From Eledone cirrhosa (Eukaryota), in contig OZ024743.1 in assembly GCA_964016885.1 (NCBI GenBank), forward strand, positions 348,874,001 to 348,938,000: a stretch of 64,000 bases of DNA, in the 5' to 3' direction. A model generated the notes under the pieces. It was not told the DNA's origin and did no database searches. It saw nothing but the letters and a program-made list of their open reading frames with translations. This document shows, piece by piece, positions 52,640-64,000 of this stretch (positions within the stretch are counted from its first letter, which is position 1; every line of letters starts with the position of its first letter). A program made the position numbers and the translations under genes.

Positions 52640-53075
52640 AAGAATGAGAAATAAAATAGATTGATGGGATGGGTGGGATGGAATTGGAAAAAATGTCTTT
52701 CGATAAAAATAACCGGTTCATGTTGATATCACATCGTTATTGAATTAGTTTTGCAATATTTCTTATCTGAAAACGTAGGACAGAGCAAAGGAGTGACAAA
52801 ATGTAGCAAATCAGTTATTAAGGAAACAGGATATTCGACGAAAAACTTTGACAGTATATGAACATCCAACCTAGTTATTGAACCAACCAACAGCCAACTA
52901 GAAATTGGTAATACATTGAATTGAAAACCCACAGGTGCATGGGTTGTGAATGGCAGGACGACCCTCTCAAACACACACACACACATACACAAATACATAC
53001 ACACACACACATATATATATATAACTGTTTATATATACATATATCTATTTTTATATCTATCTATCTATCTATCTA

Positions 53076-53123
<48 letters not shown>

Positions 53124-53132
53124 CTAATTTCC

Positions 53133-53290
<158 letters not shown>

Positions 53291-55350
53291 GGAAATTAGT
53301 AAAATCGAATCTCTGGCGGTTTGTAAGTAAATTCGGCCTACTTATATGAAATGATGAGTTAGCAAAGCACTCGATAAGATAGGGTCTTAGAGTAATAACA
53401 TACGTTTAAATAGCTTGACAAATCGAACATTGTGGTAGGCGAATCCAACACACAATATATACCAAAGAAACGATAGAACCAATCAGGTTGAGAAAAATAC
53501 ACCTGGACAAATCAAACGATCAATCGTTTAAAGTGTTCTTTGAATCCGAAATCAAATATCAGACTTACGTGACTGGCACGCTCGTGGTTTTCATGATCGA
53601 TCGGAGGATTCAGTTTTTCAACAGGGTTTTCGTTCAACCCAGGACCGAAGTGATAAGCTATATGTTGCTGCTACAAGCGGCGTATCGTATTTATAGCTAT
53701 CACATGTTAATTCCGGCAAGGGAAATAATCCCCGGTTTTTGGCGCGTCATTCAAAATGTGAGACAAAGGAAATATTTTAATTTCCGCTAATCATCATGAT
53801 AAGCTCTCAACTAGATGTTATAAAACAAACACAAATAATTAACCAATCAACAGAATTGTCTAATTAAATTAATTAGTTAATTATTAAATCTAGGAGAATA
53901 ATATAATTGGAAATTAGTTAAATCGAATCTCTGGCGGTTTGCAAGTAAATTCGGCCTACTTATAGACATTGATACACACAACATTATTTCTAAACTTTGA
54001 TCAACACCATCATATATCTATAAGTTAATACAATACCTAATCCTTACATATTTATTGAATTTATTTTTACTCTGAATGTTTAATACATTTGTGATCTCTT
54101 TTAAATTTTAGTTTTAATACCCAATCCCGAAATTTTTATGAAACTGATCTATAACTCTAAATTTTTAATGACTTTTTGATCTATTATTTATAGTATAATA
54201 TAGCATATATTTCTTTTAAATATACTTACTGCACTATAAAATCTAAATTTTGAGACGGATTCAAACTTATATATAAATGTGAATTTTTCGCTGTACTTTC
54301 GATCTCTTATTTATTTATTTATAATATAATGTATTATAATATATATGTAGTTATATATTGTATTTTATATATTTTTAAATAGTTTTAAATATACCTACCA
54401 TACTTCTATATATATGATTCAAATATAGAGAAAATATCCATACTAAAAATTATTAGAGACATTATTTTGAACTCTGGATTCATTGCACTCATTGTTTGTT
54501 TTTCTTATATGTATATATATATATTTAAATGTAACACGTTGATATGAGTATAACTGTTATCATTTACCTAAAGTATACTACACTAATAATACCTAACATA
54601 TATCTATATATATATACATCCCTATATCTAATAATATGTTGATATCTTGGTTGAAGAATAATTAGTACATTTACACCCAGTTATACATATGTATATATTT
54701 ATCCTTAACTTACTATTTTATTTTTACCTTCGTCGGTATTATTTACCTTAAACATACTGGCTCATTAATATATACCTATATACATAATAGTTATTTAAAT
54801 ATTTATAACAATAAGTACTTCAAAGGCTTTACATACCTAATACGTTGGTATATTTGTTAAGGTTTAGATTTAGGTAATTAATCAACAGTATAATATTTCA
54901 TTTTTTATGTGCTAGCTAAATCCTTTAAATGTTATTCTCACAAGTTTAGAAATGATAACACATTTATTGAATTTATTATAAATAATATATAAATAACTAG
55001 CAAATAATCCTGAAATCTGGAGTCTTCACCTTAATATTATAAATTAAATATTTTTAAATCTAACCGTTTAACTTTCCCCCAAAAAAACCCGCACTTTATT
55101 TTTCCCTCCTTATAAATCTTTTCCCAGTGGGGATCACTGGCTGTTATGATTCATGAGACGTTTTCCTAGATATATTGTAGTATCATACACTTTAAAATTT
55201 CAGAACACTTACAGTATGCAACGTTTTTTTCTTACTCACACATTCTCTAATGAATTTCACATTGATATTATATAAGTAAAATTTTCTTTCGGGTAATCAC
55301 TACTTTGATTAAATCTTAACCATTTAACATCTCAGGGTACGTCATGTATC

Positions 55351-55413
55351 ATTATATTTTGTCTGATGAGGACGTACTGCTGTACATCCGAAATATGTAT
55401 AATAAAATGTAAT
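55351..55413 (+). ncRNA. Type-I hammerhead ribozyme motif
   Basis: ATTATATTTTGT-CTGATGA-GGAcGTAC(tgct)GTACaTCC-GAAA-TATGTA-TA-ATAAAATGTAAT: 12-bp stem I, canonical core, ~140 bp upstream of (TA)n. Confidence 0.75.
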
Positions 55414-55554
55414 TGATCAAAATAACATTTATTTTATTAATACTTATATTTTAATATTAATAACTCCTGAAAATAATTTTTTGCCGTTGAGTGCTTCCAA
55501 CCTACTGTAAAACTCATTCATTGACATAATCATCGTATATTGTTTAACAACCTA

Positions 55555-55683
<129 letters not shown>

Positions 55684-55689
55684 AGATAT

Positions 55690-56995
55690 TTATAAACCAT
55701 GCGGCATATTATAATAAGGCTCTTTCTGAATCCGGTTATGAACAGTCCATTTACTACATACCTAAATGCCATAACACAGCACTTCACCACAACCATAATA
55801 AACTTAACACTAGAACTAGAAATACCTTAGCATATAGCCAGATTCGCAGGAATTTTAGAGGTAACAGCACCTATACAGGGAACCTTAATGGTAGTAGTGA
55901 CCTACTTCCTACTCTAAGTAGCAAACACAAAATCAACCCTAGAATAGGAATGAGCAATGGTATGACAAATAACAAATGCCCAGGTAATAATAACCCTATG
56001 AAGGCCACTGCCAACTACACTAGAACCCTTAGACGGAATAGGCCTAGAAAATATCACCCGGCTTAAACCCCCTTCTCATCTAACTTAGCCACTAATATCC
56101 CTAAACGCTTCTTCTCTATCCTATCTAAACACCCCCCCCCCCCAGCCATAGATATTACAAACTCTTTAATAAAAACAATATTAAAATCTCATTCTCCACA
56201 ACCCCTAATCTAGCTAGCCACATCGCTTTCAGTAACCATCATAAACTAAGAGAGTTTAACTCCCACACCGCGGTACCCCCCCCCCCCCATCAAATACACC
56301 ACGCCACTACATCAATACTTACTCTAGTAGCATACCTCCTTCATCTAATCCTTCTAGCACACACCAACTGCATAGTTTAAATAGCTCTACCCTCACTAAC
56401 CGCAGCAGTAACTGCAACTGCCGTTACGCTAATGCATGCCCACTAAACGGACAATGCCTTACACGTAATATAGTTTATTGGTGCACAGTTAAAACACCAT
56501 CGCACACCAGCTCCTATATTGGCTCTTCCTCTAACCCTTTTAACGTATGCTATAACACGCACTCAGTTTCCTTCCGAGACACTAGCAATAGATGTTCGAC
56601 ATCTCTAGCTCGGCTCATTAAAAACCTTAAATTAACCATTCACTAACATGGGATATCTTGGCTAGAGCCCAACCCTTATTGGATGAAGAAACTCTTGTGA
56701 TCTCTGTATTACCGAAGCCTATTACATAACTCTATCACGATCTCTACCGATTAATGATAGAACGGAGGTAACTATTAGCTGTCAACACGGAAGGGCTAAT
56801 TCCTTCGCCAACAGAATATTTGACCCAACCTATTCATCTATTCCAACTTTTGCTTATAACTAACAAGTTAAATATTTATAGCTAACTTAGATAATTATAA
56901 TTTACCTCCCTTTCGTTGTCTCTCACTTAAACTTTCTCGAGGACTTACCTCCCCTGAAACCACCGTCTAATTAGTGAGATAAATATGTCCTTTGG
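55690..56995 (+). mobile_element. Penelope-like element remnant (linker + GIY-YIG endonuclease + 3' UTR), pseudogenised
   Basis: KRFFSILSKH.PP.HRYYKLFNKNNIKISFSTTPNLASHI (~56103) and CNCRYANACPLNGQCLTRNIVYWCTV...SYIGSSSNPF...H..SFR (~56413-56580); decayed HHR 3' half GAAAC-CACC-GTC at ~56956. Confidence 0.85.
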
Positions 56996-57216
56996 CGGCC
57001 ATCTTGTTACTCATAAGCAGATCTCACATAAAGCAGCCTCGACAGAAGAATATGGCAGACAATAGATATACCCAGAACATCATAGTGAAATTCCAATATA
57101 TGGAACATTACTTTAATGTAACCATCTTTCTTTACCTTAATTTATATTCCTTTTGAAGTACCGATGAACTGCTCCAATTTTACCTAAGTTAATTATCTTA
57201 ACTGAACAAGATCAAT

Positions 57217-57404
57217 CATTGTTTCTACTTTAGGCACGAGGCTAGCAATTACCCAGTGCATTACTGGTACTTTATTTTATTGACCCCGTAAGGATTAAAG
57301 GCAAAGTCAAACTCGGCGGGATTTGAACTCAGATCGTAAAGGAACGTAACTATGCTGGAAAGCATGGCGTCCGACCCTCTACCGATACTGCCAATCCACC
57401 GCCC
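57217..57404 (-). mobile_element. tRNA-derived SINE with TSD
   Basis: Full copy; GAACAAGATCAAT on both sides. Confidence 0.9.
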
Positions 57405-57502
57405 TCACAAGAACAAGATCAATAATGATCTATAATCATTTGATCCAGAAACATTGTATGGAGTAGCGAAACAGTTGTAAACGGACATTGTGGATTAGCA
57501 AA

Positions 57503-57690
57503 GGGCGGTGAATTGGCAGTATCGGTAGAGTGTCGGACGCCATGATTTCCAGCTTAGTTACGTCCCTTTACGACCTGAGTTCAAATCCCGCCGAGGTTGA
57601 CTTTGCCTTTCATCCTTACGGGGTCGATAAAATAAAGTACCAGTAATTTACTTTGTAATTGCTGCCCTTGTGCCTGAAGTAGAAACAATT
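57503..57690 (+). mobile_element. tRNA-derived SINE with (TTA)n tail
   Basis: Full copy. Confidence 0.9.
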
Positions 57691-57708
57691 ATTATTATTA
57701 TTATTATT

Positions 57709-60700
57709 GGCGACCTACTTAGTAAATCGTATCATCGTGAGCTCCGCAAAGGTTTGTTATTTCCGTTTGTTAAAAATCGTCATTTATAGAAAATTTTATT
57801 GTTAACTGTTTATAAGCGCACATACATTGTTTTCCGAAAAGGACACCCAAAAGGTTTGGGGCCTTGTGCCCAAAATTTAAACTTTTATGATTATCAAAAC
57901 ATTTCTTGGAAAAAAAAATGGCTACTTCTCCTCTGCACCAAACAGCTGAAAGCCTTTCTCACAAATTAACACCTCACACCGACACCACCATTGTAAATGT
58001 TACTACGTTTGCCAACACTACAAAAAATATAAGCAGTAGCAATATTTTAAACTTGTTTCAGGCAGACATTCATTTCCCGCCATTACCAATGACTGCAGGT
58101 GTTAAAGCCTCCACCACCACCACCGAGACAAGCACCACGCCCACCACCACCACGACAACAGAAACAAAAGGAGAAAAAAATTAATTAACTCGTGATGTCG
58201 AAATGAAATCTAGCAAAATGGACTCTTCCCCACCAAAGACGACTGACGTCACCACCACCACAACTGAAACTAAAATTAATATTAACACAATTAACGATAG
58301 CAACAACAACAACAATGACATTATAAAAACCACCCTCAGTTTTGCCAGAGTAGCAAAACAGTTCGAAGCATTTACGGTAACTCAGGAGGATTTAGAAAAT
58401 GCCAAACAAATGGTAAAGAAAGATGGGTACAGGGTCAGCACCCCCCACACACACCTAATAAAATGGAGCATCGCCGCCTATGCACCGTGTCGTATCGAAC
58501 AATAAATGTAAAATCGCGCCGAGTGGAACGGGCATCCGAGTCCCAAATCCAAAAAGCTTTGGGACATGTGTGGGCAAGAAAAACCCACATCAGACGTGGG
58601 CAGAAGTACGGAACCGTGGACGTGTTCTTTGAAACACCAGAGGAGGCTAGAGAACACTCCATGGCCCCATTAAGAAGTGACGACTTCACACACATCCCAA
58701 GCTATTGTGGCCAGAGACTCGTAAAGATCAGGGTGACCCACGTTCCACCGGCCATCGAAATTCCCTGGCTAATAGCGGCCGTCCTCGCCGGCATCGAAGC
58801 CAACACAAAAATAATAGCAATAGCAGAAGAAAAGCAGGAGAACTGGTCCGGATCTGGGATGGAGCTCCTGATCCAAGCGGACCAAAAAAGCATTGAGGAG
58901 ATCCCAGAGGTAATAGACCTCACTGACGGCAGCCACCTCACGGTAATTGTCGAGGGCAGAAGACCTAGGTATGTTGTTTGTGGTGAAGGAACCCACCGAA
59001 GGGCTTTCTGCCCTCAGGCTAAAAGGTTGAGGCCACCTCTCCTACCCACCCCAGTGACACAACCATCAACACCACCAGTAGCAGAGATGGCAGCAACAGT
59101 TGTAGTAGCAACAACAGAAGAAACTATAACAGCAACAACCCCAGCAACAGTAGCAAAACCAACACCACCACCACCACCAGCAAAACCAACACCACCACCA
59201 CCCAACGCTTCAGAACTAGCACCAGCGCCTACACCATCCACCACGCCACAACCAAAACTAACGCCTGTGGAGGATTTTCCACTCCCAGGCCTATCACAAC
59301 TGGAGACAGATTGTGACGACGAGGAGTGGGAAACGATATCCGGAAAAAAAAAGAAACCAAAAAAGAAAAAATTCTCTTCCTTCCCCCTCCAAAAACAAAA
59401 TACAGAGGGAAACAAATAAATTAAGAAACAAAAAAGTTAGGACAGATATGCCACCATCCACACCAGCATCACCAACCCCATCAACCCAAACACCAACACC
59501 ATCACCATCATTAACCCCAACACCACAATCACCTACACCACAAAAGTCACCAAAATGCGAAACAGAAACAAACCCACAACAAACGCAAACAAAACAAAAC
59601 AACCAAAACGATACGCACTACACAGCATTAAATGTGAACAACAAATGGATTGGCAGTATCAGTAGAGGGTCGGACGCCATGCTTTCCAGCATAATTACTT
59701 CCCTTTACGATCTGAGTTCAAATCCCGCCGAGGTTGACTTTGCCTTTCATCCTTACGTGGTCGATAAAATAAAGTACCAGTAATGCACTGGGTAATTGCT
59801 GGCCTTGTGCCTAAAGTAGAAACAATTAAATTTGAACAACAAGCAATTATTACACTACATCCAACACAACACCAGCATCACAGAAAAAGACTACACAACA
59901 ACCCCAAAATTCACACCACCTCCACACATACAAATCACTCGCATCACACAGAAAATGTACATGACACTAAAAAAAAAATTCCCCAAAGACATCGGAGACT
60001 TCCGACAAGCATTCTCCAGGAGGATGTATAAGGACATCCTTCCTGAGGAGGCCACAAGCAGTGAAAAGGATGGAAAAACCGTCCTTCCCCTACGAGAAGT
60101 AAGGTAAGTGGTCTTTCCCATCTTTTCAACTCCTTTTCAACATGACCTCACTCAGAATAGGCAGCATAAATGCGCGTGGCTTGGGGTCGTCATGGAAGCA
60201 GGGCCACCTGCTCAACGACCTCAGGTCACTAAACATAGATGTAGTGGCCAACAGCGAGACCAGAATCTCTTGAAGCACAGGCTTTCGCACCGATCTTCGG
60301 CGGCTACGATGTGTACGCATCTCCCATCCGTCCGGGATCGGGGGGAGGAGTTGCTGTGCTTTTTCGGAGAGGTTTGGATCTTGCCATACGGGCCATCTTC
60401 CTGGACCCAGAAGGTAAGTTGGTGGTGCTGGACGTGACCAGCGGAGACGGGCAAGCTTTCAGGTTAGTGGCCGTCTATGCCCCGACAGGAGCAGGGCGGC
60501 CTGATTTCTTCCGGCGTCTGGAGACCTTTCTTGGAACGACCCGCTCTTTAGTGTTAGTGGGCGACTGGAACGGGATCTTAGATGCACGCTGGGATTGTGT
60601 GGGATTAGTGGATAGGGATGGAGGGTGCAAGAGTCTCACCAACCTGCTCAGACGTTTTGAACTGTCTGACAGGTACCGAATGGATTTAACGAATGTACCA

Positions 60701-63700
60701 ATGTGGACTTGGACAAATCGCATCGGGTCATCCAGATCATATCTAGATAGAGTATTTTGTAGGGAAGTAGATAGGTCTAGCATAGGCTGTCCACAATTCA
60801 AGATAGTCAGCTACACGGACCAAAAATTCGTGATCTGTGTGCTTGACTTAGATAGGCTTCATAGACGAGGACCCGGCTACTGGAAGCTAAACGCATACTT
60901 ACCAGCGCGCAAGGCCTACAGAGACAGGATTAGCGAACTAGTTAAGCGGGCGTTGACGGGGGCCATCGTCAACAACAAGTGGTGGTTTGCTCTGAAAAGA
61001 GCAATTAGAATAGAGTCCATTAGGTTTAGTAAGACTTTAGCAATAGAGAAAAATAGAACAGAGTGAGAATTAGTTAGAAAATTTGATGAGGCGCTTAGCA
61101 AAGGCATCGCGACCGACGTACATGCGGCGAAATTGGCCCTTGACCAATTCTTCAATGCAAAGTACGAAGGCTGCGTTGTCAGAGCTAGGGTGCGTGTTCT
61201 CAGACACGAGGGGACGAAAGCCGTTCAATGGGCCCGAGTGGCGGAGGCGCGTCGTGGCAACAAAGCCACGATCCGGTCTTTGGTGGACCACGACGGACGC
61301 ATGCTACTCGATCCCGGGCAAATGTGTGAAGCTTTTCAGCGAAACTTCGCTCAACTGTTCGGGGGCAGTGGCGGGCCGGATCGAGGGATGGACTTTAGTG
61401 TCTACCTCGACGGACTACCGCGGCTTTCGGCCACTGAGGCGGAGTGTTACGAAAAGCCGATAACAACAGCTGAAGTACGTGATGCAATGACTAGTTGCAC
61501 AAGGAGTAAATCGCCTGGCTTGGATGGTCTGCCCTATGAAGTTTACGTACAAATGCCAGACTTGTTCGGATGCCTCTTGGCGGACGTCTACTGCAACTGG
61601 CAACAGAACGGGAGGATTCCCATCTCTGTGAGCCGAGGAGCGGTGGCGCTGCTGAGAAAGGATCCGAACAAGGGGGATAACATAGATAATTTTAGGCCCA
61701 TAACTCTGCTAAACACAGAGTTCAAGATTTTGGCCAAGGTGCTAGCAAAGAGGTTGGCGCTTGTCGTTGGTGGTCTGGTGGGAGAGGCACAGACATGCGC
61801 CATTCCCGACAGATCCATCCACGACAACCTCCACCTCATGCGCTACATCGTAGAGAGGGTATCTAGGGAACCTGGCACGGGTGGGTCTTTGATCAATTTA
61901 GATCAGTCGAAAGCCTTCGATAGGGTCGACCATCGTTACCTAGCGGCAGTCCTGAGGGCGGCTGGCTTTGGGCCCGTCTTCAGAGGCTGGATCGCTGCCA
62001 TGCACAGCGACATCTGCTCTGTAGTGAGAGTGAACGGTCACCTTTCGGAACCGTTGAACATCATGCGCTCGGTCCGCCAAGGATGTCCCCTCTCGTCCCT
62101 ATTGTACGTATTGACTCTCGAGCCATTACTGCACACTAGGATGCGGAAGGTCCGTGTCAGCATATGCCGACGATGTCACCGTTGTGGTGTCGAACGCCAA
62201 ACACATCGAGGCGATCGGCACTACACTAAGAGAATACGAAGCGGTGACAGGAGCAAGAATCAACCAGGAAAAGTCAGTGGGCCTGCAGCTCGGCACCTGG
62301 AGAGGCAGTTCCATGCCGTCCAACAGCGTCGTCGGGCGCTGGACAGACGGACCGGTTAAATTGCTAGGGGTCTGGTTCGGTCCAGACCTCCAGACGGACA
62401 AAAACTGGGACGAGGTGACGAGCAGGGTGGCTTCTCTCACCCAGAAATGGGCGGAGAGGAAGCTATCCCTGAAAGGTCGAGCGGAGGTGGCTAACGCGTA
62501 CATCGCGTCCGTCATCTACTACCGCCTGACCGTCGTACCTTGTCTAACTGCGCAGGAGCGTTTGCTCTTTCGCTTCTTGTGGAAGGGACGCGCTCCGATG
62601 GTCAGGTGGTCCATCTGCTGTCAACACCCGCTACGTGGAGGGCTGGGCATGCCGTGGCTAATGATGCGCAGACACGCGCTCAGGCTACGACATCTCCACC
62701 TCTTCCTCAACGGTGATCAGGTGTGGTCGCCGTTTGCTAGACAGGTTTTTCCCCAGCTCGTTTTCTTGACGGAGCTGCAGTCCTGGGTCAAGCGAAGACC
62801 GAGTGGGAGCGCTTGGCGACTGGAATGTCTTCAGGCGCTCACAGCCCTCGACCAATCGGGCAATGTGATCTGTGGAAACTCCACCTTGGCGTTCTATAGG
62901 GGATTAGTTGAGGGGAAGAGCGACGACGTACTTGGAGAAACTCTAGGTGTCGACGAAAATCAACTAGCCAATCTCTTCGGAAGGACTTTCGGGCCGGGGC
63001 CTATGGACAACTTCCAGAAATCCCTGGCCTGGCAGTGCCACCGGGGTGCTTTGCCAGTTCGGGATAAACTTTACAGGCATGGAGGTGCCGTCAGCCGGGC
63101 ATGTCCGAGATGCGCACAGGGCGACGAAACCGTCCTGCACGCACTCGTCCAGTGTCCGAGCATTGCTGACTTGTGGGTTTATGTCGAACACCTGCTGTCA
63201 CGTGTAGGACGGATCTAGCTATCAGCTGAGTCCATCGTGAGGATTGCCCCGCCCTCTTCCTTTAGCCGGGAAGGGCAGGCAGTTTTTATCTGTCTGGTGG
63301 CCATGGCGAAAGAGATAGTATGGTGGACACGTTTGAAAGGGCTGAAGACGAGCACTTACCTCTTCGGTGATGCCCTGATTAACCTTTTTCAAATTTCATC
63401 TGAAAAGGAAAATCAGGGTAGAGAGGGAAGTGCTCTCTTCCCAGCATTTTGTTGAAAGATGGGTGAGAGAAGCAAGTATGGCCCGAATGAATGGGCCTTC
63501 TCTGAGTATGTGTCTGTAAATTAAAGGTGGAAAACTGGGAGAGGGCACTTGCCCTGGTGGTCAGGGCCACTGTGGTCTGTTAATGGGCTTTCTCCACAAA
63601 TGTCCCTCGGAAGTGTCCTCCCTATTGGGGAATTTTTCTTTGTTATTTTATTTCATCCTCTGTTTTTTTTACACGCAGAAATACCCATTTGTACCGTCCT

Positions 63701-63766
63701 GTATTGTCCTGTACTGTCCTTAATGTCTACTTTATGTAAACCCTTGTGGTTAATAAAGAAAACATA
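57709..63766 (+). mobile_element. Full-length Tx1-type LINE (copy C), disrupted
   Basis: ORF1 pieces 57906-60107; ORF2 from ATG ~60142 (APE; RT with RQGCPLS and AYADD; C-terminal Cys/His motif); (TTA)n on both sides. Confidence 0.95.
59645..59828 (+). mobile_element. SINE inserted in ORF1 of Tx1 copy C
   Basis: 18-bp TSD ATTAAAT(G/T)TGAACAACAA at 59627-59644 and 59825-59842. Confidence 0.92.
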
Positions 63767-63793
63767 ATTATTATTATTATTATTATTATTATT

Positions 63794-64000
63794 GATTGCT
63801 ATGGTTGACGGAGGCTCGGCTCTGTAAGTTATTGTAAATTTTGAACGCTATAACAATTGTAAATTGTTTAAAACTTAGACCAACTTGTAGACAAAAACAC
63901 CCTCCTCCTCGTGAGAGGGGTCTTTCTGTCCGTTATTTGGCCCTTCGGAGTTAAATAACTGCTTATTGGGGTTTTGTACCCAATATTTATTTTAAACAAA
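63794..64000 (+). mobile_element. 5' UTR of another Tx1-type LINE (copy D, B-type), running off the window
   Basis: Closely matches the reverse complement of ~35390-35593; begins immediately after the (TTA)n tail of copy C. Confidence 0.9.

Overview
Repeat-saturated, AT-rich eukaryotic intergenic or intronic DNA. The SINE family and the (TA)n/(TAA)n density suggest an octopus or other cephalopod (inference). No host gene is supportable, and most short ORFs are microsatellite artefacts. Contents: (i) three large Tx1-type (L1-clade) LINEs, the 5' end of a fourth, and older remnants; (ii) two families of R4/Dong-type RLE retrotransposons sitting in (TAA)n, including a ~10.7-kb nested stack that splits an old RTE LINE; (iii) many tRNA-derived SINE copies; (iv) a non-autonomous Helitron; (v) Penelope-like element (PLE) remnants. 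The most notable signal is a set of minimal type-I hammerhead ribozyme (HHR) motifs read by eye. A young 3.5-unit tandem array of ~500-530-bp non-coding units (45467-47273) carries an intact HHR on the minus strand of each full unit, plus hairpins that covary with a diverged solo copy, and ends in a foldback; it is a candidate retrozyme / circular-RNA retroelement. Several unrelated (TA)n-flanked foldback elements also carry HHR variants, including a compensated U3-A8 core. All folds and alignments were made by eye and need computational and biochemical confirmation.
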